Assembly (NCBI GenBank): GCA_002633005.1
Contig: NMRA01000038.1
Location: 307,745-371,744, forward strand
DNA from: Phoronis australis
Taxonomy: Eukaryota; Animalia; Phoronida
DNA: 64,000 nucleotides
Direction of reading: 5' to 3'
The notes under the pieces are model-generated. The model saw nothing but the letters and a program-made list of their open reading frames with translations, had not been told where the DNA came from and made no database searches. Shown piece by piece: positions 1-13,500 of this stretch (position 1 is its first letter; each line of letters opens with the position of its first letter). Made by a program: the position numbers and the translations under genes.

Positions 1-2199
1 TTGTCTGTCATGGGTCATTCGGTGTTCAGTGCGGTATTATTGTTCGTTTTAAATCAGTTTTGGTTGGTACCTCGAATATCTAGTCTAGCTCATTTTTTGG
101 GGTCTTTGTAAGGCCCCCAGGGGTCACACCCAGAGTGCAGACAACGGCAGACGTCCATTTCTGTACATACTGAGGTGGACTTTAAATGCTCCCGTGGTCA
201 GATGTTGGTACCTCGTTCATCTATGCTAAGTGCTCTGGGCTGCCGGTCTATATTGGATCGTCATCGAAATCAATTAAAGATAAGAAACCGGGAGTTGAAG
301 TAGGTCAGCAATACACCTCCCATGGGTTGTCAAACCGTGTGTTTTTTAGATAGATCTAGCTAGTAACTTGATTATTCAGCATTGTTCGTTGGAGCCTGTG
401 ATCAAACCTTTCATACAAGATGTTTTCGCGGAAAAATAATATTGTTCTAATCTATAGCCCTGGACCGAGAGAAATTTGCTTAGCATGTTAATCCCGAGTT
501 TGGATTTGCATTGGAATTAAACGCCACTGCCGGGTTTTAGAGCCGAGAAACAGTAAAACAATCCAATACTGTGTTCATGTTGATAGATACTGCACATGTA
601 TTTGGATTGTACAGATTTTTCCAGTAATAAGACAGCAGCAACAAGACAGAGAGTCTGCAATTTTTCATCTGGCTCGACTGTTTTAGACAGTTAAAGTAAT
701 TTTACTCTCAGTCGTTTCGGTTTCTGCATGAATACCTGTGCGTTGAATTACAAAGATTCCAATCGTTTGCACCTGCTAGAAGCGTTTGTTCGTCGTACAT
801 AGAACTATGACGCTGTACATGTAAGCCTATTTCAGCATACATTGCCGGAAGATGCCTAGCTTCAAAGGATTCATTCCACCGACAGGGTTTCGACACACAA
901 AATTTAAGTTATACGTTTGACACCGCCGGATGGGATCACAATACCTCGCGTCGGGTGGCAATTTGTTTTCTGTGGCTTTAACCTGCCTTCCCAGCCTCAC
1001 AAGAAAAACTTTCGTTGAACTTCAGTCAAGCTTCATCAGTGAGTGAACAACAAATAAATTTACACATATTGCTCTATAGCTCTACGGCTGCAAGGGCTCA
1101 GTTCACCAATAATAAATTCTGAATTGATGCCAAATTCATTACGGAGACTAATCTGAATAGAGTGATGAGTTCATTTCACCTTCAATGTGTTCCACTAATT
1201 GGCGTCTTCGTCATTACGTGTACTGGCTATGGATATCAACTAACTTAACCAGACGTTGGAATTGAATACATTAGTGATGTCATGCAGTGCTAGTATTGTT
1301 TAATATAAAAGTTAAGTCGTCTAATTACATTGTACGTTTGGCAAGATTTACATGCTAACTTTTTCAAAACTACTTCCACCCACTACTCAGTTGGATTTTT
1401 AGCGATTTATCCACGCATCGTTAGGTGACCAATGAGTGACAGCATGATGTAGGTGTCAAAAACAACACTCGTTCACGGTTGCTCCATCTGACGACGGCTA
1501 TAGAAATCACAGGCTGAAACGGCGTCATAGAGTTCTAGTGCATCGATTGGTTGTTCTTTTCAAAATAATAATAATAATGATTTTATACAAGATGTTGTGG
1601 GTTCGGTCGTCATAGGTCCCACAGCATAATTCAATTTCTTGCATTACAGTCAGCGATATTAGCAGATTTTGGAGTTTTACTTCCATTTGCAAGTGCCTGA
1701 TTTAATTACAGTTGGAATAATCAAGCAACGGGATAATATAAACAAACCAGCAGTACATTAACCGGAACCATATTTTAACTCATACCATTTGGAATTTTGG
1801 GAACAGTCTCACACCGCTATCAGATGCAGCTGTTCAGCCTCCAGATACAGACATCTAGTCTCGTGTAAAAACGGCATTTCTCGTTCTTTCACTCTTTTTT
1901 TTAATTTGTTGCACTGTATTAGATATCCAAACTCATTTCGGCTTCGTTTGTATTTTCACTGTTCTGTGACCGACGGCTGATTCGCAAATTACAGTAAAAG
2001 TAGACAGCATGCTTTTCCTTAGTCATAAAAGCGTGTAGTTTACAAACACGTTTTAAAGGTGATTTTTCTGCTTCGTTTTTCTTGAAAGCCTTATAAAAGC
2101 ATAAAATACGACACTACCTTTTTGAAAATATGCCTCAAAACATTATATATATAGATTATTACATGGCGAAGTCGTTATCCCCCGTTATCTAGAGCCTGA

Positions 2200-2265
2200 G
2201 TGGATTTTGGTGAATTATCGCCCGAGGGGCGTTAGCCCCGAGGGTGATAATTCTCCAAAATCCAC
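2200..2265. repeat. 66-bp imperfect palindrome (hairpin)
   Basis: GTGGATTTTGG-T-GAATTATC-G-CCC-GA-GGGGC [GTTA] GCCCC-GA-GGG-T-GATAATTC-T-CCAAAATCCAC; the arms are reverse complements apart from a few mismatches. Confidence 0.85.
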
Positions 2266-3661
2266 GAAATACGCAAATACGAAAAATACGCAGTTTTCAG
2301 AACGTTTCAATGTTAATGATATAAATTGGTGACAATATTGGAAACAGTATCTTTAATGACGCGTGAAAACAAAGTTAATAAGCATAATCAAATTCGTAGA
2401 AATACGCATTCGGAATATTCACATGATGCATGGTCAGTTATAATAGGAGTTTCTCTTCATGACGTAATTGAGATACTATGAACTCACACATCTGTTAGTC
2501 ACGCATGTTCGATTTTGCACAAGTTTGTTACTAAGCATGCAAAATCAGCAATTCAAGAAATGGTTAGCCTACAAACAATGAGATGATTGGTACTTGAATA
2601 TCGATTGGACATTTGCAATTAGACCACTTGTGTGTTTTCATCTCCAACTCCGTTGACCATGCGTGTACCTTACTTCACGCAACCACACCGACCACCAGGG
2701 GTCGACATCGCGCGGGTTACAACTGAGGTGCGATCCGGAAACGCAAGATACTTGCGAGTCACTTGCGGCAACAAATTCTCTCTTACAGAAAGAAAATAGT
2801 GAAGTTTGTATGATAATTCAACATCCCAGCCTCGCCGAACAATCACTTGAGTGGCCGCCATGTTGCCAATATACATGTACGTCAGTAAGTTCCTGAGCGT
2901 ATACTCGCCTTTCGATCATTCGCGTCGCGTGGTCAAGGAAGATCTTGCTTTTGTGAGTTTCTCGGATACGTGGTATCCATCCTTGGTAAACCACCAATAT
3001 ACTCGATTCATAGCGTATATTCGGCGCTAACAAAAGAGACATTTAAATTGTGTAAATATTTTATCGACAGTGGCGCAATACTGTAGTCAAATGGTCCAGT
3101 CAGTGGTGGCATCGAACAGTTAGGCTGCAGCCGCGGCAGATTTGCATTCTTAAAATATTAAAATCTAGGGGTAGGCTAACAAGGCTTGGGGCGTTTTTTA
3201 GGTAGGCTTTGCATGTAGGCTCTGTGCATGTGGTTTATTTGTTTTTGTGAACATGTTGAGAACGACAAGGCCGTAGTTGCACTCTAGTCTTCAAGATGGC
3301 GGACCCCTGTTGCATTTGTGCATAACTGGGTAGCGACTGAGAAATTGGCTGCGATTTCAGGTAGCCCTCAAACAAACCAGATTTGCTGATGAAATAGTTG
3401 GTTGGCAGTAATTTTGGACCGCATTTTTAGAATTGGTAGGGAATTTGTTTTCAGAATGTAATGTTGGCTTTATGAGTCGTGCATCGGCAGGGAAGTGGTG
3501 GTTTTGAGGTGAAAAGTGCCGATTTTGTGTTTTATGCCCTGTTTTCTTAGTCTACCTTGCTTTTCAGTAAGAGCTAAAGGGTCAAAAATACATGAAGGAA
3601 AAAAGTTTCTGTGGTCATCTGTAGGGCTTGTGATGTGAATTGACTCTAAACTTTTCATTCT

Positions 3662-3733
3662 TTAAAAACCGGACGATCGCCGCACAAATAAAAAAATTCA
3701 TGTTTATTTGTGCGGCGATTATCCGGTTTTTAA
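3662..3733. repeat. 72-bp imperfect palindrome, possibly a collapsed MITE
   Basis: TTAAAAACCGGA..ATCGCCGCACAAATAAA pairs with TTTATTTGTGCGGCGAT..TCCGGTTTTTAA. Confidence 0.8.
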
Positions 3734-6700
3734 TCTTATTGTGGTCAAAAACTGATTTAATTTTCATTCTTTGCTCACAGTTTTTGACAGAGTGAAGTTC
3801 TTCAAGTTCACCTCTAGTAACGCCAGATAAATTAGGAATTACCTTAACATTTTGCTATGACACTGAACTCACTTCACAAGGCTAATTAACTAGAGAAGCT
3901 GGTGGCCCGTTTATTAATTAAATGATAAAAATGAGCAAGTTGAATTAATCCATTGCCCAGCTACATTCCACATAGCGCTTATCACTGTTCGAAATCAAAG
4001 GAGAAGCTGAACCGTAAACATTATCTGAGACAGTGCGTACTGATAATGTGACCGTCCATCGTGAAGATACCCCTGTCGTGATTCGTTCGGAGGAAAGTGT
4101 CGCCAGTAATTACGCTCGTAATTACGACCGAGACTTTACACGCGTTATACGACCGTAATCGTTAGAAATTGGTTCCTAGACACGTGAACTCTCACGAGGG
4201 CCATTCAGGAAAAGTGTCGCCAGTAATTACGCAGAGCAGAATGAGATAACTAGGTTTTGCACGTTCTTTGTTTATTATTAATAAAGTATACCAAAGATGT
4301 TCTTCGCCTGTGAGTGTTTCCGATACTGCTCGTCATATTTCGGTTGCGTCGCACGCGTGAGTATCGCAGATGTTTCAGATCTGCAGAACCTTGGGTGCAA
4401 TATTTTCTCAGCAAAAAGTTTCCATACGTTTAGTAACCTGCGTTTTTCTTCCTACTTGTGAAATTGGCCGTTACAAAGTACATAAGAATCAGCTCAGTAC
4501 ATAAGTGGGTTTTTCGAAAAAGAAAAGGGACGCTGATAAAGGATCATTATCGGCGAGAAAAGGGCTTCTCTGGGATCAGTCGAAACGCTGAAGTGAACTT
4601 CACAACCTCAGCCGACGTAGCCAAATGCTCTGTCGGCAATTTTATAGCACACTTGAAAAACGCGAGAGTGAAGTCACCGGCCTCCATATCAGCGAGTGCC
4701 TGGCAGAAACGGCTAGAGTTGACGATTTGTAATGATATAGACACAAACCACAAAGGATTTTGTAGCTTTACAATTCTGCGAGTCAAAGCTAATAGTGCAA
4801 TTTCAAGTAGTCTTTCCCGCGCTAGTGACTCAAAGCATTCAGGGTCAACACCACAAAATCAGAGCGGACGCCGGCCAAGTGGTATTCCTGGAAGTGTTCT
4901 TGTTCACGCCACTTCTCCTGCTTGTAACAACGAAATGCGGGTTTACGTTTTTACCATCAAAACGGTGTAAAGTTTTCAAGAACAAGCGAATTTCCTATTG
5001 CGGCATGATGAAATAATCAATCACATCTCCGAGCACTGTGCAAGCCCAAACTGGCAAAACTGAATTGTCAAGTTGGTTCAGCATTGCCACTTCAAATTGA
5101 CATAATTAGTCCAAATTTTCACAGCAATTTGTTCGTGAAACAATTTGGTACAGGTCCAAACTGACACGACGCAAGCTGTGTCAGGGAAATATTCTGGCTA
5201 CAGTTATGGTGTGTTTCACGATAAAGAACGCATGTTTCCCATTACATCCTAAAAATAATAGTTTCTTTACAAATGATATATAAAAACCTATTGTTACCAC
5301 GGTAATAGTTGATAGGTGCACAATGCAATCATGTACACAGGCCAACGGAGCATACAAGGTCTCTGTTTATTACGAAAAAGTCAAAAATCATTTCAGTTTG
5401 AAATCCTCCCTCCCTTCGCCGATTGGATGAAAGACATCCCAGTCGTCACCCGTCTCCTGGTAGCAAACATTTTTCGCGTTTGGCCCCATTGTTGAAATCT
5501 ACTCTGACTGGTGAACCAGTCATGGGTTTACCCGAAGGTTGGGATCTGGGTTTTCAGGAGTCACCTGCAGTTTCGTATTTGTGTAGATACACACTGTCGT
5601 AGTTAACCCGATTTTTAAAAAAAGTATAATTAGTTTAACACTAGAACAAAGTCCGTGCGACAGGCAAACTCGTAATTTCGTGCACACCAATCAAAGGGAC
5701 AGCTTAATTACAACTAAGGAAAGCGTCCTACTTAATAGATCGTCTAACGCCGAGGGACTAAATTTACAGACAAGCAACTCGGCATTTGCTAAGCTATAAC
5801 TATGAGGCATACTTTGGACATGATATTGTCAGTGAATGGTCTGGGCACCATTTTAAATTATAAATTATGACAACTTGGGTCAGCATTTCTGGCTCAGATT
5901 GATACACTCAAAAACTGTTCAGGTAATTTGGGCCGGCAGTGATGTACTCAATTGTAAGAAGTTGTGTCAATTTGGGCCGTTGTTGCTTGAGTCAAATTGG
6001 GCCTGTCAGTAAACAGTGTAGTCAGAAGTATTCAACAGCGGAGAGGACAAGGGGGTTTACTGATTAGCGCAGTTGTAGCGATCGGGTTGGGTACATTGCA
6101 TTGAACCGTGGGGCATAACATCTTGTGGACCAAGAACGTAATATTGGGTTTTACCGAAATACATCAGTATAAAATTATTGCGTCTGTGCGTCCGATCTTT
6201 GTTCTCAAGTGTCATATCTCAATTCTAAGTAGCGCTGTATAGTATACCTACCCAGACGTCGAATTGCTCTTCAAACACCAATCGTAAAACCATGCTTAGC
6301 AGTGCTTACCTCGATACGTGTAGTATATTTCCCTTCTCGCGCACTGATCATCAGATCTAGTTATATTCTACAATGCGTGTAGATTGAACGAACAAGGCTA
6401 ACCTCATCAACAACCTCCAATTGTCATCGATTTTATATCAGCGTTAATATAAACTCAGTCATTGCCCGGAACATGTTCACAAATTATGCATACACCGCGG
6501 ACCGTCTGACCACATCTATAGGGGGTCACTGGCAAAGAATTTGTCTTCTCGTGCTAAACGATAATAACTATCTTGTGATAAAGATTGAAGCTCTGAAGTG
6601 AAGAGCACAAGCATTGTCTGTTTATTAGCCATCTATTAGAAAGTGTAAACAAACACAGGCTGAGCGCGGAGGCAACTGACTTAGACTGCAATAATAGCTT

Positions 6701-6755
6701 GAATATTCCACGCCAAGTGTCCCTTCGCTCCAACCTGTGGGTTTACCGACAGCAG

Positions 6756-6908
6756 CCTCCCGTTCAGTAACACTAGGACCTCGCTAAAAAGCAAGACTTC
6801 TCGGGATTACGTGAGATATTGCCGTGCATTTAAAATGAGAACACGTGGCTTAGGCTAGATTTTAGCTAGGTCCTAGCGTAGGTCCTAGCGTTAATGAACG
6901 CACGCCCG
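6756..6908. mobile_element. ~150-bp MITE family; other copies at 27195-27346 (inverted), and partial at ~42016-42135 and ~44195-44315
   Basis: TIR CGTTCAGTAAC(A/G)CTAGGAC ... GTCCTAGCGTTA(A/C)TGAACG. The internal segment GATTACGTGAGATATTGCCGTG is shared by all four copies. Confidence 0.8.
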
Positions 6909-7689
6909 GTCTTATAATCCTCAGTAAATGTTCAATCCCTCTGAAAGAAACGCGGTTGTAATTGTTCTTGTTGATTATATCTCATACCTCAATGTGCGTT
7001 CGTGCTTGCGTATACAATTTTATGCATAGGTTGTTGCGAGTTATATTTCTAATCCCCTTTCATTCATTCACACTCGAATCAACTTAATCCGTTCATCAAA
7101 TTATTTAATTTTTTTCGCAAAATATTTAGTTATAATCTTTACCACTAGGAGCCGAAAGGATTTCTTTTTTGTATTTAAACTCTGTCTCAGTTTAAAACGA
7201 TATGCATGCCTACAAGCACGTAGAAAATATCGGACTTTCTAGAACAACACCTGTCTCCAAGAATATTTGTGTATTTTTAATTATATTTCTTAGTCAAAGA
7301 ATGACATGAATGCTGCAGTTATATCTATATATCAGCCAGTCTATAGTTCTCAAAGTCAGTCGATCGATCAATAGGCTGTCACAGGCAGTCGCAGCCGGAC
7401 TCCATCCGTGCAGTTGGTTAGGTTTGTCTATTCAAACTACAGATAACTGTGAGGTAGTTTCTTGACTGTTCATTTATTGAAGGTGCGGTATTTCTTCTAC
7501 TTTTCTACTTTTTCTCACAACGTGGTCACCGAATCCAAGGTATCTTTCATAAAAGTAGTAGACTTAGTCCAAAAAATGCCTGTTAGTGCATTGAAACAGC
7601 AAATGAGCGTTGAAAAAGCCTTTTAGTGTACAGGAAACCATATGTGGCGAAGAATACAAACAGTTTCACATTTATGTTTCAGATTGTAA

Positions 7690-8350
7690 GCGAGCTGAAG
7701 ATGTCGTTTGTACATTGCCTGAGTTAAGTAGTAAAATCTCAATTGAGGAGGTAGAGCAGTGCCTAGGGCAAATCAAGAAGAGATGGGATACCGTTGGATG
7801 TCTTTTCAATTCATTTGCCTTTAAGGTTGTGTTAGAACGTTTTGTAATTATATTAATTATATTTGTGATACAGCTATATATCCTATATATCCTAGCCACT
7901 AGAGAATAATGTGATAAAAATGATCCCCACAACTACCAAGGAATAATCTGATCGCAGGTTGCAGGCAAAAATGTTCCAATATACAAGTAAATGGCTATAC
8001 GCATACACAGATCAACACGGTGTCACCAGAGACTCAAGCGAGCTTTTGAAAAACATTCAACCATTGATAAATACTTCACATTGCAAACTCTCGTTTCCAA
8101 GTACATTTGAAATCCAGGAGTAGGCTGTATTGTTTATTTGTCGACTTTAAGATAGCATTTGATAGTGTTTGGCGAGATTGACAAAAGTACAAACTATTAA
8201 GTTATAACATAAGGGGATTGTACAGTATTTTGGATGGTGTAAAACATGATCTAATCGTGTGTTCAAATCAATCACGCAGGTGTCGCGACTGATTACTTTG
8301 AATGTGCGATTGGGTTAAGACAGGGTTGCCAATTGACACCTTACAAATTT
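7690..8350 (+). mobile_element. Degraded non-LTR retrotransposon (LINE) reverse transcriptase fragment
   Basis: Broken frames give LSSKISIEEVEQCLGQIKK, HSTIDKYFTLQTLVSKY, CLFVDFKIAFDSVWR (about 8131-8175; RT motif FxDFxKAFDSV) and FECAIGLRQGCQLTP (GxRQGxxLSP motif), with stops and frameshifts between them. Confidence 0.85.
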
Positions 8351-8556
8351 TCAGTTCAATCGCTGCAAAACATAATCGCAAACAATGCTTAACTTAACTT
8401 TTTCAAAAAGTAATATAAAATTTATTCAGTTTATTTTTGAATTTAAGGCGGTGCACCTACAAAGAGGCAGTCATGATAAACGATGCCTAATTTCAGGTTT
8501 AAGTATCAACTCCAACAAACGAAATGCTGAAATTTTATCGAAGCCATTCCAAGGTA

Positions 8557-9061
8557 GAATCAACAATTGGTCGGACTTCAAAACCACTTGCCTGGACTTC
8601 AAAACCAGTCGACTGGACAGCAAAACCAAATGGCCGGTGAGCAAACGTGTTGTCCGGACTTCAAAACGCGATGGCCTCACTCAAAAATCTAGTTGTCTGG
8701 ATCCAAAACACGACGGTGGGAGCTATGAATCAGTTGACCGAGGATTAAGCACGACGGCCGGACTTCCTCAGAGACTCGCTTTGAAAGTCTCGAAGTGGCA
8801 TCTGGTGTTCACTTTTTGCACTCGTTTGTTTATTTTGTCCAAATCGGCGATTTATTCTGCCATTGTGTTTGAGCACCGGCAAACCCGTTGTAGGTCCGGC
8901 CAATCAGTTTTTTGAGTGCGGCCGTCTGGTTTTGAGGTAGCGGTCAACCCGTTTTGAGGTCCGACCACCAAGTTAGCACACCGGCCATTCAGTTTTGCAG
9001 TCCAGACAGCTGCTTTTGAAGCCCAGGCAAGTGGTTTTGAAGTCCGACCAACTGTTGATTC
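8557..9061. mobile_element. Foldback/MITE with long TIRs built from degenerate ~21-bp subrepeats
   Basis: The left end GAATCAACAATTGGTCGGACTTCAAAACCACTTGCCTGG matches the reverse complement of the right end (CCAGGCAAGTGGTTTTGAAGTCCGACCAACTGTTGATTC). GGACTTCAAAAC-like units recur about every 21 nt. No clear TSD. Confidence 0.85.
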
Positions 9062-9599
9062 CCCCCCACTTCCTTGCATTCGATAGATGAAATTTATTCT
9101 ACGGAAAAGACCGTCTGAAGCCTGGGGTGTCACAGTTATCGACAAAAGTGCTGGGGAAATGTGTAAACCATCTCCTTAATACTAGTTTTTAGCCACATTC
9201 GAAGCAGGGAAATGAAAATGAAAACGAGGCTAGAATGCATGAACAGCTTTTTGATATTAGACAATTAGCATTACCTTTATGCCAACGAAGATAGTTTACT
9301 GAATTCAGTCCAAAAATTAGATTCTAACATTTACATAAACTAAAATTAAAGAGTCCCCACAAAAGTAATCGTAAGTATAATTCACATCGAACTTGGACAT
9401 CATAAGCTTTGTCAACAATAGCGTTCACATGCCGTCTGTAAAAAATCGCATGCGAACGCTCGTGCGTTAGACGTCCGGTCTGCCTCGTTTTTGTCCACTA
9501 CAAAATCAGACGGCGGCAAATCTACCTCCTTACTGTCAGAATACTACATTCCAATGAAGACGTGACTTGTGATTAGGCTTAGTCCGTCTATTGTGATCG

Positions 9600-9788
9600 C
9601 ACGTGATTGGTTACCATGTTGCGCATTAATATAATACTAATTACTCGTAAGGCGACTGACGCCTTTGTCAACGTTCGTTTTAAGCGGCTGATCTGCCTTC
9701 TGACTTCTCATATAAATGGAGACGATAGTGGACATACCGACAGAGTGAAATCCAGGGAATAGTTGTGGTTTACAGTTAGAAGATGGCG
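9600..9788 (+). promoter_or_regulatory. Candidate Pol II promoter
   Basis: CACGTG E-box (9600-9605), ATTGG reverse CCAAT box (9606-9610), TATAAAT (9711-9717) and AAGATGGCG YY1/Kozak-like motif (9780-9788) in a plausible order. It could serve the downstream plus-strand gene. Motif evidence only. Confidence 0.3.
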
Positions 9789-10555
9789 GAAATCGACCGA
9801 TCAATGTTTTATCAAGTTACGTGTGTACACTTCAACTCAGAGATTGATTAAATTAAGCTGAACTCTTTTTTCATACAACGAAGCTTTTGAAATCAATATT
9901 TACGACAAAGATCAAAACATAACCTTCTAAAATCAACGACAAGGACTATATCTACGACTTTGAATTGCTATTTTAGAGCAAGCTTAAGAAATCGATGAGA
10001 AGGTTTTTCTTAAATAACCGTATCGTTAAAACGTTTCCTAATCAATTACTCGTGTTTCAGACTGTCCTTGTTTTGACTGACGTAAGGGGAAACGATGATT
10101 TTATTTCTGCTCTGTCGATTTGGCAGACATGCGAAAAAATTATTGTTATTTCTAGGTAGTCTGTGAATACTGTATTTCACAAAGTATTTCAATCATCGAC
10201 ATAAAAGATGTATTGCGTGGACTCACGAGTGACAGGACTAGTAATACCATTTGGCTATGAGCCGTAGGACACAAGAGCTTTACAGAACCTATTATCTGAC
10301 CACCTCGTGGAGCATTTTCGTTTTTGATGTTTTATTTTGTTTTGTTCTGCAAACTACTGCATTTTATAAAGATAAAAAGTCCCCATGTTCAAAGTTGCAA
10401 ACATCTTCTTTCAAAAGGCCAAGTTGTGCATTTTGAAAAACTTGAAACATTTTGCAAAGACTTGTTTGCCCATTTTTGTCCAGCGTTTTTCTTTTTTTGT
10501 CAGCTAAATGTACAATTATTGGAAGTGACACACTCCGATAACCTCCAGAACTTAC

Positions 10556-13500
10556 CTGTTGAGTACACCTGCTGACAAGGGTTTCACAACAATCGTCAAA
10601 CATACGAAGAACAAAATCTTAAAATATTCTTTCGTAACTGCGCTCTTGGCACTGCATTCAATATAATAATGTAAAATAGAAATTCCATTGTCAGAGGTTC
10701 CAGTGACGCCGAAACATTTGTTTCCATTAAATTCACAACATTTACGACCAGCAATCAAATTCACCACTTTCGTGCAACCGAATAAAGATTCTTTATTCGA
10801 TTTGAATTCGTAGATTACACCTACATGAAGCCGCAAACAAATGTGCCACCATTATGAGGCCGAGCCGAGATTATTTCCAGATTTGTGGCAGATTGTGCAG
10901 ACAGCAAACTTCTTTACATTCAAAGGGACACACAGTCAGTCTATGGTCGAAAATGAATTTTTGGATTTATGCATTGAATAGGCTTCTTACAGTTGTCCGC
11001 TTGGACAGGAGCTGTAAAGCAACAAAATATGTGATTTTATTACAATTCGTCAATTCTCGCCATTGGCTGAAATCGAGGTGGGAGACTATACCAGTTAAAT
11101 AAGCTTAAAACTACTCTGCCATATACCGGGTGAGATTAGCTCCACCAGTAAAGTGTCGGACTGCGTCCGTCGAGATCGTAAGCTAGGTTCCGTATACATG
11201 GAGGCTGATCTCTAAAACTGCTTCACTCGCCGATTGTGCCACTTAGCCAGCGTATTTAAATACGCATGTCACGTTGAATGTGCACATCGCTAATTCAATT
11301 ACATTATTGCTTGATGCATAGATTAGGTACGGACATGCTACACAATAAGCAGTCTGATGAAAACGACAGATAAAAATGAATATCCGATAGCACGTAGAGA
11401 ATCAATAAATAAGCAGCAGAAAGACAGTTTTTGGACTCACCCTTACCTTGATTTAAACAGACCGAGTGTGGCGATAGAATGTACAGAAAATGCTAACAGC
11501 TTGCAGCTGATCCTGCAGTGTGGATTCATCCTCATATATTCAAATAGTGATATGACGTCACAGATCTAGATCTATACGGTAGTGCTTCAGTATGAGCAAT
11601 GTGACTTTTTCATTTCACAGCTGATGCAAAAAGTGCAATTACAGTGTTGAATTACATCGCAGAGGCTTCACTGTTTGCATGCGTTTAGTGTACAAATCAT
11701 TATCGATGTAAGTTCTGTCAGGTGGAGCCACTGTACGATAGTTGGAGCTCAACATGAGAAAAGTTTGCTTTAACAGCTGTCCGCGGGAGATTGGGGTATC
11801 GTTAGTCTACCAAAGCAGTTCAGTTGCCAAATAATATAAGAAACATGCTCTCTGATGTCGAAATGTTTCCAGGAAAAGATGGTTTGATGTAAATAAACTG
11901 GTCGAGACTCCTGGAGATGATGAAATGGCAAAATATATATTTTTTAATTTAATATATAGCACGAACCTTTATTCTTCAAAATTAAATAACGATAGGATAG
12001 ACTTCGTTCTTCCTCATCCAGCTTTTCGTCAGATGAGTTGAATGACCACGAGCCTGTATGAAACAGAGACCATCGAGAATGGGAATCAAATGTTGAGCAA
12101 AAGTTAAGTTGATAAGAGAAGAAGAAATGGAACGTGAAATCGCATTGATTTCAACAGCGACATTGGCCACATGAGTAACTCTCATTTCAATTCTCCTGCA
12201 CGATTCAAGCATGACCTGTCCGGATTTGTTTTTCTAATCGTTCAGATCATCTGAAGAAGATTGTTATGTATCAGAAACCAAATCAGAATGTTCTAGAGAA
12301 TAAAGGTGTGTGCTATAGTTATTTCGCTGTCGATGAAATTAGTTTAGTTCGATATAGAATTTAGATTTTTGAAACGCGTCAACAAAGCGAGCATTGAGCG
12401 TTTTCGTATTACACGTGAAACCCGTGGGCGTTAGTCTCAGAACAAGTGAAATTGAAACAATAATTGCCTAAACAGTGTTTGTGCATAATTCTTTCAGCGG
12501 CCATGAGATTACATTTATTCTTTCTGAACCAGTTCATCGTTCTCCAATCTGTGTAAGTTCATATTGAAGTCTTATTGTATCAAAACATAGTGCGTTTCTG
12601 TGTGAGTTTCAATGATAAGAGGAAAGTGTTCACGTAATCTATACATGTTGACTTGTATCTCTCTGTATGGTTCTGTTCACAGGCACTTGAGTTAATCTCT
12701 TCCTCTATCACCACTGACGTCACTCACTATTAATAAAACACAAAGGTTGGACACTAAAATTAGGTTTCCTAAGAATATTCTACTCAAATGTGCATGGAAC
12801 TCTACGAAATCAGCATCGAAAAAATCCTTTGAATACCTTCTTTCACTTGATCACATAAAATTTCCTTCGAGTGGTGATTTGATGAAAAAAATGTCAAAAA
12901 ACACAAAAATCACAAATTCAAGGAAGCTGCTTTTTGGCATTCATGGCAGACGACCTTCGTACATCCGGATTTTTCACGGACGCTCCTGAAGCATTTCCGA
13001 AGCTCTGTTTTCGCGCGCGCACAAAATGTTATTTGAGTGCCCTCCACTTATTTTAGTATCAGTTTGAATGTATTTAAGCTCTGGTTTAGTAAAACAACGT
13101 TGTTTACAGTGGCGGATTTAGAGGGGGGCCATGGCCCCCCTAAAATTCCCCAAGTTCCATTTGGCANCCCAATTCAAAATCCTGGATCCGCCCCTGGTTT
13201 ATAACCGAAGAACCACAGACTACTGGCTACTAAAGTAGGCCTACTGCGAAATCCAACAGCTGCCGATAGGTGATTTCCCGAGACTAATGAAACGTGCCGT
13301 TACACATCGCAAATTTCCACCAAAAACCGAGTGTTCGTTGTCGTTCAACCAGGAGTAGCACATAATGTCAAGATCAAACATAAGATATCTCCGTTCTTGC
13401 AATTAAATTCTAGGGTGAACATGCTATGTCTCATTAAACCGTGAATATTCAAATTTATAGCAAGCGCCACCTAGTGACTTCGCGGAGAACTGTGTGTACA

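Noticed and set aside
4458-5016. 170-aa plus ORF with overlapping ORFs on both strands
   Set aside because: GTG start, no recognisable motif, and no convincing splice sites linking it to neighbouring exons. It could still be a terminal exon of the PH-like gene, but I cannot support that.
8385-9145. ORFs of 176, 69 and 97 aa
   Set aside because: They coincide with the 21-bp periodic arms of a foldback element and show no recognisable domain.
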